From NCBI GenBank assembly GCA_023436115.1, contig JAEZKQ010000031.1:164740-228739 (forward strand): DNA of 64,000 bases, given 5' to 3'. This document shows, piece by piece, positions 9,612-20,520 of this stretch; the first letter of the stretch is position 1; each line of letters opens with the position of its first letter. The position numbers and the translations under genes were made by a program. Below the pieces are notes generated by a model that made no database searches, was not told the origin of the DNA, and saw only the letters and a list, made by a program, of their open reading frames with translations. This stretch comes from Bacillota bacterium (GTDB lineage Bacteria; Bacillota; Clostridia; Christensenellales; SZUA-584).

Positions 9612-9923
9612 CTATTTGATTTTAACTGCCGTGCCGTAAACAATGACTTCGGCTGCCCCCTGCATGACCGATGCCGATGAATACCTTATGTTGATAATGC
9701 CCTCCGCACCCAGCGCCTGCGCTTCATCGACCATGCGCTTCGTGGCAATCTGTCGCGCCTCGTTAAGCATATCCGTGTAGCTCTTGATCTCACCGCCCAC
9801 CAGTGTTTTCATACCAGCCATAAAATCCTTGCCAAAGTGCTTGCATTTAACCACGCTTCCCTTCACGATACCCAGCGGCTCAATGTCCTTTCCGGGTATA
9901 TAATCAATATTTAGCAGCAGCAT
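9612..9923 (-). CDS. ybjQ: YbjQ/UPF0145 family protein
   Basis: 103 aa with the typical YbjQ sequence (GIVKG..GGEIKSYT..AR..A..RM...A..LGA.GII..R). AAGGAGG SD. The start overlaps the merR-like gene end by 20 nt. Confidence 0.85.
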   Translation of the reverse strand: MLLLNIDYIPGKDIEPLGIVKGSVVKCKHFGKDFMAGMKTLVGGEIKSYTDMLNEARQIATKRMVDEAQALGAEGIINIRYSSASVMQGAAEVIVYGTAVKIK

Positions 9924-10539
9924 CTTCTTCGCCCTCCTTTAATTCTTTCATTCTTTGCCTGAGAGCCAACGCCACGCCGATGATAACGGCTGTGGGGAAT
10001 GTCAGTATCAAAACAGCAACCAACACAGGCATGTGTTCAGCAATAACAGCCCTTATCAAAAGGGCGAGAACCAAGGACATAAATGCAATAACAACACATG
10101 CCGCGACAATTGTGGAAATCCTTTTCTTTCTGTCTTTTGATATGCTCATAAAACGTGTTCCCTCCTTTTCCATCTGCTCTATTCTTTGCAAATAAGGCAG
10201 GGGATCTATTGTTTCGATAGACTCATCATCTTTTGCTATCTGTGCACATAAAAGCTTAATCTGCTCTAAATTTTTGCTGTCGCGTTCCAATTTAATCAAA
10301 TGCCGCCTCAATGCATCACCTGTTGTCAGAATCCCGCCTTGCATTTTCTGAATCTCTTCGATAGGTATTGCGAGCTTACGGAACAGTTTTATTTTTTGCA
10401 GATCAGACACATCACTCTGCTTATATTCTCTGTAACCGTTTGCGTTGTTTCTCCCAGGCTTTAACAAGCCCTCGTTTTCATAAAAACGGATATTTCTCTT
10501 TGTGATACCTACGACTTTTTCAACTTCATTAATCTTCAC
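9904..10539 (-). CDS. MerR-family transcription regulator with C-terminal transmembrane anchors
   Basis: N-terminal HTH (VVGITKRNIRFYENEGLL..GYREY), a coiled-coil linker, and two hydrophobic segments at the C-terminus. GTG start. Confidence 0.85.
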   Translation of the reverse strand: MKINEVEKVVGITKRNIRFYENEGLLKPGRNNANGYREYKQSDVSDLQKIKLFRKLAIPIEEIQKMQGGILTTGDALRRHLIKLERDSKNLEQIKLLCAQIAKDDESIETIDPLPYLQRIEQMEKEGTRFMSISKDRKKRISTIVAACVVIAFMSLVLALLIRAVIAEHMPVLVAVLILTFPTAVIIGVALALRQRMKELKEGEEDAAAKY

Positions 10540-10566
10540 CTGTTAATTCCCCCCAACCTTGAGACT

Positions 10567-10597
10567 ATTTTATACCTTCTACCAGGCAGAAGGTCAA
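10567..10597 (-). promoter_or_regulatory. MerR-type promoter/operator
   Basis: Minus strand: TTGACC, then the perfect palindrome ACCTTCT-GCCTGGT-AGAAGGT (10574-10594), then TATAAAAT. The spacer is 17 nt (to TATAAA) or 19 nt (to TAAAAT), depending on which -10 is used. It lies about 30 nt upstream of the regulator start. Confidence 0.5.
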
Positions 10598-10761
10598 TAG
10601 AACTTGAAATATCTTTTTCTGCTCTCTTTCTTCTTGCCAACTGGCATCTATTTAATGTTGATTTTTTTTAGGTTGTTTGATATCCTTTAGCGAGGGACAA
10701 GATATTGTGTGTAGGTGTTTTAAGTCATAGCAGCACAGACAAGGCATAAGGAAGGACTTTT

Positions 10762-11205
10762 ATGACCATCGCTATAGGGTCTGATCATGGCGGAATTGAG
10801 CTTAAGTCCGTCATCATCGAGCACTTAAAACAAAAAGATATTAAATCTTTGGATATGGGCGCATACGACAACAATCCGACAGATTATCCGGATTATGCAC
10901 CGCCTGTCTGTGATGCGGTACTTACCGGCGAAGCTGACTTTGGTATTTTGATATGCGGCACAGGCATCGGCATTTCCATATCAGCTAATAAAATCCATGG
11001 TATTCGCTGCGCGCTGTTGGGGGATGTCTATTCCGCTAAAATGGCGCGGGCTCATAACAACGCAAATGTGATGGCACTAGGAGCGCGGGTCGTTGGCCCG
11101 GGTCTTGCGCTTGAGCTTGTCGATGCATTCCTTTGCACCGACTTTAGCACTGAGCTGCGCCACAATTTACGAGTGGAAAAAATTATGAATTTGGAGAAGC
11201 GCTAA
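10762..11205 (+). CDS. rpiB: Ribose-5-phosphate isomerase B
   Basis: 147 aa. RpiB/LacAB motifs IAIGSDHGG and CGTGIGISISANK. Confidence 0.9.
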   Translation: MTIAIGSDHGGIELKSVIIEHLKQKDIKSLDMGAYDNNPTDYPDYAPPVCDAVLTGEADFGILICGTGIGISISANKIHGIRCALLGDVYSAKMARAHNNANVMALGARVVGPGLALELVDAFLCTDFSTELRHNLRVEKIMNLEKR

Positions 11206-11234
11206 GCGTTTCTCTTTTTATTATTATCGGTTAA

Positions 11235-11879
<645 letters not shown>

Positions 11880-11892
11880 AGGGGGCATTAGC

Positions 11893-12204
11893 ATGGCCAT
11901 TGACGTATTGTCCGACATTAAAGCCGCAGAAGAAGAAGCACAGGAAATCAGAAGAAATGCCGCGCAAACCGCAAAAGACGCGCTAAAATTGGCTGCACAA
12001 GAAAATGCCGCAATGGAAAACGAGGAGCTGGCTAAGGCACGGCATAACAGTTTAATAAAGGTAGACGCAGGGCGTGAAGCCGCCAAGGCCGAGCTTGACG
12101 CACAGCAGGCTCAGCGTCTAAAAGACTGTGAAACTCTAAAAAGCAACGCCAGGCAGCATTTGGAACAGGCCGCCGATATATGTTTAGAGAGGATACTCAG
12201 ATAA
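11893..12204 (+). CDS. ntpF: V-type ATPase small peripheral-stalk subunit (E. hirae NtpF position; G/H-like)
   Basis: 103 aa, charged coiled coil. It is the first gene of an operon whose order matches ntpFIKECGABD. I chose ATG 11893 (GGGGG SD) instead of the track start 11731, which overlaps upp. Confidence 0.65.
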   Translation: MAIDVLSDIKAAEEEAQEIRRNAAQTAKDALKLAAQENAAMENEELAKARHNSLIKVDAGREAAKAELDAQQAQRLKDCETLKSNARQHLEQAADICLERILR

Positions 12205-12205
12205 T

Positions 12206-14110
12206 ATGGCAATTCTGAGCATGAAAAAATTGGTGCTCATCGCGCATAAAGATAACCGGGACACGCTGCTCAAAGTTTTGCAGGAGCTTGGTGCCGTGGA
12301 GGTCGTTTCTTATCAACAAGACGACCTTGATACCGCGCGCGCGCCTCAGAATCTGTCCTATCTTGAAGAGAAGTTATCCGCGGTGCGCGAGGCCATGAAC
12401 ATTATTCGTCCTTATAATGAGGACAAGCCCTCTTTTCTGACGCCCAAACCGGCGATATCACGCTCTGACCTCAAACAGACGCCTGAACGATTCAAAGAAG
12501 CAGACAGCGTCATACAAAGCATCAAACAATTGTCGGATGATATGAACGCGTTAAAATCACGTCGCCAAAGAGTGAAAAACCGTATTCATCAGCTTTCACC
12601 GTATTCCCGCTTCAATGCGCCTTTGGAAAGCGTGGGAGAAAGCCGTTACACGGTGAGTGTTCTTGGCATCATTCCTCCCAACGGAAAAGAGGATTACGAG
12701 CAGATCATATCTCACTATGAGGACACAGCCTATTTCGAGACGGTCGATGAGCAAAAAGATGGAATCACCGTATTCGTTGTCATGCATAAATCTGTGGAGG
12801 AGAAACTCATCGGCGAGCTAAAAGTTGCCGGTTTTATCGAGGCTTACACCAAAGACCTTTTTGGTACTCCGGGCGATATTATACACGACTGCGAAAACGA
12901 ATTGCTCTCTCTCGATGAAGAATCGCGCGAGCATGAGAATAATGCCCGGCGTTTTGTTCAGCACAAAGACTTATTAACAGCGCTGGAAGACTATTTAAAC
13001 AACGAAATCGAGCGTGAGCGATGTGTGGAGCAGATTGGTGAAACAGGGGTTGCTTTTGCGCTTGAAGGTTGGATCATCGGCGACGATCAAAGCCGTGTTG
13101 AAACCGCAGTGCTCTCGGCTGCACCCGAAGCCTACATCTCATTTAGAGACCCGACGGAAGATGAAGACCCGCCGACAGCCATAAAAAACGCGAAGCTTAT
13201 TGTTCCTTTTGAGGCAGTGACGGATATGTACTCAATACCTTCCTCAAGAGGCTTCGATCCGAACTTTATCATGTCGTTCTTTTACTTTTTGTTATTCGGC
13301 ATGATGATCGGCGACTTTGCTTACGGCGTTATACTGACTATTGGCGCATATATCGTCTTAAAGCTAAAGAAACCCACCGGCATGTTCCGCAAGGTCACAA
13401 CGATTATCATGATCTGCGGCGTTTCTACCGCACTTTGGGGCTTGTTTTTTGGGTCAATATTCAGCATCGAAGGTGTTCCGGCGATTATCAATCCGATTAA
13501 CGACGCCATGACGCTGCTGGTGCTTTGTCTGGGTGTTGGTGTCTTCCATATCATCGCCGGCCTGATCGTGGGTGCTTATATCAGTATAAAGCGCGGTAAA
13601 GTATGGGATGCCATATTTGATAAAGTATCCTGGATCATGGTATTGGCAGGCGCAGCTATGGTGGCTATCGGCGGTACGATCGGCTCGGTTGGCACATACT
13701 TGGCGCTGGCCGGTCTCGCTATCGTTTTTCTCACCAACGGGCGGGATCGAAAAGGGATTTTCCGCAAGCTCATCGGAGGCTTCTCGGGTGTCTATGGTGC
13801 AACGGGGTATATCAGCGACATTCTCTCTTACTGCCGACTGTTTGGTATGGGTCTTGCCACGGGCGTTATCTCAATGGTATTCAACACGATCGCCTCGTTG
13901 TTTTTCGGCAACGTGGTGGGATATATTCTCGGTTCCATCGTACTGATCATTGGACATGTTTTCAACATTGGTATCAATTCGCTTGGCGCTTTTGTCCATA
14001 CCGCAAGGCTGCAGTTCATTGAGTTTTATTCAAGATTCTATGAGGGCGGCGGGCATGCTTTTGCCCCGCTGAGTATAAAAACGAAAAATTACAGGCTCGA
14101 AGACGAATAA
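12206..14110 (+). CDS. ntpI: V-type ATPase subunit I (a-type stator)
   Basis: 634 aa. Soluble N-terminal half plus a polytopic C-terminal half containing the conserved arginine region (SYCRLFGMG). Confidence 0.9.
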   Translation: MAILSMKKLVLIAHKDNRDTLLKVLQELGAVEVVSYQQDDLDTARAPQNLSYLEEKLSAVREAMNIIRPYNEDKPSFLTPKPAISRSDLKQTPERFKEADSVIQSIKQLSDDMNALKSRRQRVKNRIHQLSPYSRFNAPLESVGESRYTVSVLGIIPPNGKEDYEQIISHYEDTAYFETVDEQKDGITVFVVMHKSVEEKLIGELKVAGFIEAYTKDLFGTPGDIIHDCENELLSLDEESREHENNARRFVQHKDLLTALEDYLNNEIERERCVEQIGETGVAFALEGWIIGDDQSRVETAVLSAAPEAYISFRDPTEDEDPPTAIKNAKLIVPFEAVTDMYSIPSSRGFDPNFIMSFFYFLLFGMMIGDFAYGVILTIGAYIVLKLKKPTGMFRKVTTIIMICGVSTALWGLFFGSIFSIEGVPAIINPINDAMTLLVLCLGVGVFHIIAGLIVGAYISIKRGKVWDAIFDKVSWIMVLAGAAMVAIGGTIGSVGTYLALAGLAIVFLTNGRDRKGIFRKLIGGFSGVYGATGYISDILSYCRLFGMGLATGVISMVFNTIASLFFGNVVGYILGSIVLIIGHVFNIGINSLGAFVHTARLQFIEFYSRFYEGGGHAFAPLSIKTKNYRLEDE

Positions 14111-14178
14111 ACAACCATTTTGGAAAGAATTTCTAACAATATTAACGATATGACTTAAAACGATACGGAGGAAATAGT

Positions 14179-14676
14179 ATGGATTTGAACTTTTTGGGCG
14201 AATACACCGGTATGATTATATCGACGGCAGGTGCCGTTCTTGCCGCCACAATGGCAGGTATCGGCTCGGCTCGAGCCATGAACCTTGTTGCACAGGCATC
14301 CGCCGGCTTCACCGCGGAGAACCCTGACAGATTTGGTCAGGCACTCGTGCTTCAGCTTCTCCCCGGAACGCAGGGTGTTTATGGCTTGCTTATCGGCTTT
14401 TTAATACTCATCAACAACGGTGTTATTACCCCTCTTGCAGAGCCAATTTCGGCAGCACAGGGCTGGCTGTATTTCTTCGGTGCTGTACCGGGCGGTTTCG
14501 TGGAACTCTTTTCTGCCATCGCGCAAGGCAAGGCCGCTGTTGCAGGTGTCGGTCTCTTATGCAAGCACCCGGATGAACAGGGTAAGGCTATGATGATGCC
14601 TCTGATGGTTGAAACATACGCTGTTTTTGCGTTGCTGATATCCATGCTCATCATTCTTCTCGGCAAAGCCGCTTAA
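14179..14676 (+). CDS. ntpK: V-type ATPase proteolipid subunit K (double hairpin, 4 TM)
   Basis: 165 aa, closely resembling E. hirae NtpK, including LQLLPGTQGVYG, SAIAQGK and MVETYA. Confidence 0.9.
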   Translation: MDLNFLGEYTGMIISTAGAVLAATMAGIGSARAMNLVAQASAGFTAENPDRFGQALVLQLLPGTQGVYGLLIGFLILINNGVITPLAEPISAAQGWLYFFGAVPGGFVELFSAIAQGKAAVAGVGLLCKHPDEQGKAMMMPLMVETYAVFALLISMLIILLGKAA

Positions 14677-14692
14677 TGAAAGGCGTGATATA

Positions 14693-15298
14693 ATGGCCGG
14701 AGCGGAAAAACTCATTGAAAAAATACTTGGTGACGCCAGACGCGACGCTGACATGTATTTAAGTGAGTCTGAAGAAAAAAAGCAAGCCATGCGCGAGAAG
14801 CTCTCCCGCGATATCGAAAAGCGTACGGCCGAGATCGACCGGATGGCCGTAGCTTCCATCAGCGAAAATAAAAAGCGTTTGGCGGCCGTTTATGACCTCG
14901 AGTACAGAAAGCAGCTTCTGTCCGCCAAGCAGGAGATTATGGGAGAAGCCAAAGCGCTCGCAATGCAAAAGTTAATGGCGCTCAGCAGCGATGATTATCT
15001 GGCTCTTTTAAAGCAGCGATTGCTCAGCTGCGCCGTAGGCGGGCAGGGCGGAATCATTATTTCCAAAAACGAAACACGCATCGACAACGCATTTATCGCG
15101 GATGTCAACACTGCGCTCAAAGAAAAATACGGCAAAGGCAGCCTAACGCTGCTTGATGAAAGACGTGATTTTTCTGGCGGCTTTATCTATGTAGACGGCG
15201 GCCTGGAAATTGACGTCTCTTTGGAAGCGCTGCTCAATGAAGCTTGGCAGCAAAGCGAGACGGAAGTGGCAGCCGTCTTGTTTGACAACAAACAGTGA
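14693..15298 (+). CDS. ntpE: V-type ATPase subunit E
   Basis: 201 aa. Long N-terminal charged helix plus a globular C-terminus. Operon position. Confidence 0.85.
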   Translation: MAGAEKLIEKILGDARRDADMYLSESEEKKQAMREKLSRDIEKRTAEIDRMAVASISENKKRLAAVYDLEYRKQLLSAKQEIMGEAKALAMQKLMALSSDDYLALLKQRLLSCAVGGQGGIIISKNETRIDNAFIADVNTALKEKYGKGSLTLLDERRDFSGGFIYVDGGLEIDVSLEALLNEAWQQSETEVAAVLFDNKQ

Positions 15299-15309
15299 TA
15301 GGATGAAAC

Positions 15310-16302
15310 ATGTCTGAAACACAAAGTAGTTATCCCTTTGCTTCGGCCCGTGTGAAAGCGCTGGAGCCAAGGCTGATCACAAAAGAAAAACTGGGGCGGC
15401 TCATCGAAGCCAAGGATTACGATGCTGCCATGCGCCAGCTTGTTGAATTTGGCTATGGACAGTCTGTTTCCGGCAGCGATTTTGAAGCCATGATACAAAA
15501 AGAGCTGGACGAGGCAGATGCGCTTTTGCTGGCGTTATCGCCCAGTGACGTATTTACGCAAATTATCCGCGCACACAGGGATTATTATAACTTAAAGGTG
15601 ATTATTAAGCTGTTTATGCGCGGTATGAGCCTTGAAGGTATAGACCTTCTTCCCGGTAATATTAATGTGGAAACACTGCGGCGCGCGATTGCGGAAAACA
15701 ACTACTTCGAGCTTCCCGAAACCATGAAGGACGCACTTGCCTATATCGACAAGCAGTTTATCATAACCACAGACGCGTCAATTATTGGTGTCGCGCTGGA
15801 TCGCGCCTATGCCAAGGAAGTCTCCGCACTTGTCGAAAAAATGAATAATCCGCTGGTAACGCGCTATTTCACGGCATATTTCGATCTTAGCAACATCATT
15901 GCCATGCTGCGTGTGCGTGCGTCGGGTGAGCCCAGGGAAACTTTTGAACGTGCTTTTCTTAAAGGCGGACGGATTGACAAGCGCACTCTGCTCAATGCCT
16001 TTGAGGTGCCGAATGACGGTTTTCTCAAAGCCGCAGCTAAAGACGAATATTCCGATATACTGGCTGCAGCGTTCGATGATTACCTAAAGACCGGAAGCCT
16101 CTATATGATGGAAAAAGCCCGTGACGATTATCTCTTGAGCCTTCTTAAAGAACAACGCTATGATATGTTCGGTATCGGACCGCTCATGGGTTATTACATA
16201 GCCAAGCAACATGAAGCGTCGGCCGTGCGCATGGTGATGACGGCAAAACAGGGAGGAATCGATCCCGATGTTGTCTCTAAAAGACTCAAAGAACTCTATT
16301 AA
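15310..16302 (+). CDS. ntpC: V-type ATPase subunit C (d-type)
   Basis: 330 aa, helical. N-terminus YPFASARVKALE is typical of the family. Operon position. Confidence 0.85.
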   Translation: MSETQSSYPFASARVKALEPRLITKEKLGRLIEAKDYDAAMRQLVEFGYGQSVSGSDFEAMIQKELDEADALLLALSPSDVFTQIIRAHRDYYNLKVIIKLFMRGMSLEGIDLLPGNINVETLRRAIAENNYFELPETMKDALAYIDKQFIITTDASIIGVALDRAYAKEVSALVEKMNNPLVTRYFTAYFDLSNIIAMLRVRASGEPRETFERAFLKGGRIDKRTLLNAFEVPNDGFLKAAAKDEYSDILAAAFDDYLKTGSLYMMEKARDDYLLSLLKEQRYDMFGIGPLMGYYIAKQHEASAVRMVMTAKQGGIDPDVVSKRLKELY

Positions 16303-16313
16303 AGGATGAAACA

Positions 16314-16631
16314 ATGAACAAGATTGGCGTTGTAGGCGATCTGGACAGCATTATCGGTTTTAAAACGCTTGGAATCGACGTTTACCCCGCAACGGGTGAC
16401 GAGGTGACGCGCGTACTGAACCGCCTTGCTGTGGGCGGGTATGCCATCATCTTTATTACCGAACAGGCTGCCGATGCTGCTGCTGAAACGATCGATCGTT
16501 ATAAAACGTCACCCTTTCCGGCGATCATCCCTATACCCGGTAACCGGGGCACAACGGGATTCGGCATGCAGGGCATTCATGCCAATGTGGAAAAGGCGAT
16601 CGGTGCCGATATACTTTTTAAAGAGGAATAA
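16314..16631 (+). CDS. ntpG: V-type ATPase subunit F (E. hirae NtpG)
   Basis: 105 aa with motifs IGVVGD.DSI.GF..LGI and IIFITE. Operon position. Confidence 0.85.
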   Translation: MNKIGVVGDLDSIIGFKTLGIDVYPATGDEVTRVLNRLAVGGYAIIFITEQAADAAAETIDRYKTSPFPAIIPIPGNRGTTGFGMQGIHANVEKAIGADILFKEE

Positions 16632-16682
16632 CCAAGCACATTTATTGTGCAGTATAGATATCACGACAGGAAGGATATGCTT

Positions 16683-18458
16683 ATGGAAGGCAGAATAGTC
16701 AAGGTTTCCGGCCCGCTTATCGTCGCAAGCGGTCTTGGCGAAAGCGAAATGTATGATGTTGTCAGGGTCTCCAGCCAGCAGCTTATCGGCGAAATCATAG
16801 AACTTCGGGGCGACATGGCCTCAATACAGGTCTACGAGGAGACAAGCGGATTGGGGCCTGGTGAACCTGTGACCCCAACGGGCAGCCCGCTCTCTGTAGA
16901 GCTTGCACCCGGGCTTATTGAGTCGATATTTGATGGCATACAGCGTCCGCTTGATAAAATCAGAGAAGCCACGGGAGACCGCATCAGCCGCGGCGTGAGC
17001 CTTTCTGCTTTGGATTACAATAAAAAGTGGACATTCGTACCCGTCGCCAAGCAGGGTGATGTGCTTTCTACGGGTGACTTCTTAGGTTATGTGCAGGAAA
17101 CCACGCTCGTCAAGCACTATATCATGGTGCCGCAGGGCTTAAGCGGTACATTGGAATGGCTGTTTAACGGTGAAGCGACAATCACCGAACCTATAGCAAA
17201 GTTAAAAGACGATAAAGGTAATTTGGTGGATATCACGATGCTTCAGCGCTGGCCTGTCCGGCGCGGACGTCCGTATGCGGAGAAACTGCCGCCCACAGAG
17301 CCCATGATTACCGGACAGCGCGTTATTGATACATTGTTCCCCGTCGCAAAGGGCGGCGTCGCTGCGGTACCGGGTCCTTTCGGCAGCGGCAAAACCGTTG
17401 TTCAGCATCAGCTTGCAAAGTGGGCCGATGCGGATATCATCGTCTACGTGGGCTGCGGCGAGCGCGGCAACGAAATGACTGACGTGCTCATGGAGTTCCC
17501 CGAGCTCAAAGATCCGCGCAGCGGCGAACCCCTTATGAAGCGCACAGTGCTGATCGCCAACACCTCAGACATGCCCGTGGCGGCCCGTGAAGCCTCGATC
17601 TATACAGGTATTACGATTGCGGAGTATTTCCGCGATATGGGATATAAAGTGGCAATTATGGCCGATTCAACCTCGCGCTGGGCCGAAGCGCTGCGCGAAA
17701 TGTCGGGCCGGCTCGAAGAAATGCCGGGCGACGAAGGCTATCCGGCTTACCTGTCCTCACGTCTGGCAGGCTTCTATGAGCGTGCCGGTATTGTTAAGGC
17801 GCTGGGCAGCGACGGGCGCATCGGCGCGATTACGGCCATCGGCGCGGTATCACCGCCGGGCGGTGATATTTCCGAGCCTGTTTCTCAAGCCACGCTTCGT
17901 ATCGTTAAAGTGTTCTGGGGGCTATCCGCTCAGCTTGCTTACAAGCGCCATTTCCCGGCGATCGACTGGCTTTCATCATACTCGCTTTATGTCGACCGCT
18001 TATCGGACTGGTTCGATGCCAATGTCTCGCATGAATGGGTGGAACTGCGTTCAAAGACAATGCAGCTTTTGCAGGAAGAAGCGGAATTGGAGGAAATCGT
18101 CCGTCTTGTGGGTGTGGATGCACTTTCACTCAAAGACCGCCTGAAGCTGGAAACCGCCCGCAGCATACGCGAAGACTATCTGCATCAAAACGCGTTCCAC
18201 GAAACCGATACATATACATCTTTGGAAAAACAATTCGGTCTTTTGGGGCTGATCATTAAATGGGGCGAGCTGGGTGAAAAGGCCATAAGCGCAGGTGCGC
18301 CGCTCTCAAAGATATCAGCGTTACCCGTCAGAGAAGAAATCGGCCGCGCGAAATATGTTGCCGAAAAAGATTTTGCCGAACATTTTGCGGCAATCGCGCA
18401 GAATTTGGAATCGCAAATGAGCGCGCTTTATGAGGAAGGTGGGATCGATATTGCTTAA
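16683..18458 (+). CDS. ntpA: V-type ATPase catalytic subunit A
   Basis: Walker [10 protein letters not shown] and the non-homologous insert typical of A subunits. ATG 16683 lies 7 nt after GGAAGGA. ATG 16677 and the track start 16647 are less well placed. Confidence 0.95.
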   Translation: MEGRIVKVSGPLIVASGLGESEMYDVVRVSSQQLIGEIIELRGDMASIQVYEETSGLGPGEPVTPTGSPLSVELAPGLIESIFDGIQRPLDKIREATGDRISRGVSLSALDYNKKWTFVPVAKQGDVLSTGDFLGYVQETTLVKHYIMVPQGLSGTLEWLFNGEATITEPIAKLKDDKGNLVDITMLQRWPVRRGRPYAEKLPPTEPMITGQRVIDTLFPVAKGGVAAVPGPFGSGKTVVQHQLAKWADADIIVYVGCGERGNEMTDVLMEFPELKDPRSGEPLMKRTVLIANTSDMPVAAREASIYTGITIAEYFRDMGYKVAIMADSTSRWAEALREMSGRLEEMPGDEGYPAYLSSRLAGFYERAGIVKALGSDGRIGAITAIGAVSPPGGDISEPVSQATLRIVKVFWGLSAQLAYKRHFPAIDWLSSYSLYVDRLSDWFDANVSHEWVELRSKTMQLLQEEAELEEIVRLVGVDALSLKDRLKLETARSIREDYLHQNAFHETDTYTSLEKQFGLLGLIIKWGELGEKAISAGAPLSKISALPVREEIGRAKYVAEKDFAEHFAAIAQNLESQMSALYEEGGIDIA

Positions 18459-19830
18459 GGAATACCGCACGATCAGCGAGGTTGTCGGCCCGCTCATGCT
18501 TGTGGAGGGTGTCAGCGGTGTAAAATATGACGAACTTGTCGAAATCGTTCAGCAAAACGGCGAAATCAGGCGCGGAAAAGTGCTGGAGATCAACGCGGAC
18601 AAGGCGCTCGTTCAGCTTTTCGAAAGCTCTCAAGGCCTTAAAATTGCCACATCTAAGGCGCGTTTTTTAGGCCGCAGCATTGAGCTGGCCGTGTCTTATG
18701 ACATGATGGGCCGTGTTTTCGACGGCATGGGCGAACCCATCGACAATGGCCCCGCTATTATCCCCGAAAAACGCATGGATATCAACGGCGCGCCGATCAA
18801 CCCGGCAGCGCGTGACTATCCCGAAGAGTTTATACAAACCGGTATTTCGGCGATAGACGGCCTTAATACGCTCGTTCGCGGACAAAAGCTCCCTGTGTTC
18901 TCAGGAAGCGGTTTACCCCATGCGAATCTGGCGGCACAGATTGCCCGTCAGGCCAGAGTGCCGGGCAGCGAGTCTAACTTCGCGGTTGTTTTTGCTGCCG
19001 TCGGTATCACTTTCGAGGAAGCCGATTTCTTCATCAGCGACTTTAAACGCACGGGTGCAATTGACCGCACCGTATTGTTTATCAATTTAGCGGACGACCC
19101 CGCCATCGAGCGTATATCCACGCCGCGTATGGCGCTGACCGCTGCCGAATATCTGGCCTATGAAAAAGGGCTGCATGTGCTCGTCATCATCACGGATATC
19201 ACCAACTATGCCGAAGCATTGCGTGAGGTATCCGCCGCGAGAAAAGAAGTACCGGGCCGCCGCGGATATCCCGGCTACCTCTACACTGACCTTGCAACGA
19301 TGTACGAGCGCGCAGGACGTATTAAAGGACGTGCCGGCTCCGTCACGCAGATACCCATACTCTCCATGCCGGAGGACGATAAGACGCATCCCATTCCCGA
19401 CTTAACGGGCTACATCACGGAAGGCCAGATTATACTGTCACGTGAACTGCTGCGCAAGGGCTTAACGCCTCCTATCGACGTGCTGCCGTCGCTATCCCGT
19501 TTAAAGGATAAGGGTATCGGAAAGGGCAAAACACGTGAAGATCATGCGGATACCATGAACCAGCTTTTTGCGGCCTATGCCAGAGGAAAGGATGCAAAGG
19601 AGCTATCTGTCATACTTGGTGAAGCCGCGCTTTCTGATGTGGACAAGCTTTATGCCAAGTTTGCGGATGCGTTTGAAAAGGAATATGTCTCCCAAGGGTA
19701 TGAGACCAACCGCACAATAGAGGAAACGCTGGATCTGGGGTGGAAGCTGCTTAAGATACTGCCAAAAGCCGAGCTTAAGCGCATAAAAGACGAATATATC
19801 GAAAAATATCTGCCAGCTGACGAGGAATAA
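18451..19830 (+). CDS. ntpB: V-type ATPase subunit B
   Basis: N-terminus [15 protein letters not shown] chose TTG 18451 (GAGGAAGGTGGG upstream), which overlaps the ntpA stop by 8 nt. Confidence 0.93.
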   Translation: MLKEYRTISEVVGPLMLVEGVSGVKYDELVEIVQQNGEIRRGKVLEINADKALVQLFESSQGLKIATSKARFLGRSIELAVSYDMMGRVFDGMGEPIDNGPAIIPEKRMDINGAPINPAARDYPEEFIQTGISAIDGLNTLVRGQKLPVFSGSGLPHANLAAQIARQARVPGSESNFAVVFAAVGITFEEADFFISDFKRTGAIDRTVLFINLADDPAIERISTPRMALTAAEYLAYEKGLHVLVIITDITNYAEALREVSAARKEVPGRRGYPGYLYTDLATMYERAGRIKGRAGSVTQIPILSMPEDDKTHPIPDLTGYITEGQIILSRELLRKGLTPPIDVLPSLSRLKDKGIGKGKTREDHADTMNQLFAAYARGKDAKELSVILGEAALSDVDKLYAKFADAFEKEYVSQGYETNRTIEETLDLGWKLLKILPKAELKRIKDEYIEKYLPADEE

Positions 19831-19833
19831 CAC

Positions 19834-20472
19834 ATGGCCTTAATGAGAGTGAATCCCACGCGTATGGAGCTGACCAAGCTGAAAAAACGCTTGGTCGTCG
19901 CCACACGGGGACATAAGCTGCTTAAAGATAAACGCGACGAGATGGTACGTCAGTTTATGCTGCTGATACGGCGTAACCGGGCACTGCGTGAAGAAGTCGA
20001 AGCGGCGCTCAGTGCGGCGCTGGCCGGGTTTGTATTGGCACGCGTGGCCATGAGCAAAGAAACGATGGATGAAGCGCTGCTGTATCCCGTGCGTGAGGTC
20101 GAGCTTCAGGTGTCACGCGCCAACATCATGAGCGTAGACGTTCCCAAGATCAGCTACAGCGAAAAGAAGCAAGACCGTTCCTTTTTTCCATACGGACTGC
20201 TGTTTACATCGGCCGAGCTCGACGATGCCACGACCAAGCTGGCGAGTGTGCTGCCGCAGATGGTAGAACTGGCTGAGCTCGAAAAGACATGCAACATGCT
20301 GGCCGATGAGATCGAAAAAACCAGACGGCGAGTCAATGCACTGGAATACGTCATGATTCCGCAGCTGGAGGAGACGATACGCTTTATACGCATGAAGCTT
20401 GATGAAAATGAGCGCGGAAACTTAATCAGACTCATGAAAACAAAGGATATGATCGCAAAGAGAGAGGCATAA
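19834..20472 (+). CDS. ntpD: V-type ATPase central-stalk subunit D
   Basis: 212 aa. N-terminus NPTRMEL..LK.RL..A.RGHKLLKDKRDE. Confidence 0.9.
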   Translation: MALMRVNPTRMELTKLKKRLVVATRGHKLLKDKRDEMVRQFMLLIRRNRALREEVEAALSAALAGFVLARVAMSKETMDEALLYPVREVELQVSRANIMSVDVPKISYSEKKQDRSFFPYGLLFTSAELDDATTKLASVLPQMVELAELEKTCNMLADEIEKTRRRVNALEYVMIPQLEETIRFIRMKLDENERGNLIRLMKTKDMIAKREA

Positions 20473-20476
20473 AGGC

Positions 20477-20502
20477 AGAGCAACAAATGCTCTCTCTTTT
20501 TT
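20477..20502 (+). terminator. Terminator-like hairpin after ntpD
   Basis: AGAGCA-ACAAA-TGCTCT followed by CTCTTTTTT. Confidence 0.5.
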
Positions 20503-20520
20503 ATATGAAAGGAATAATCT

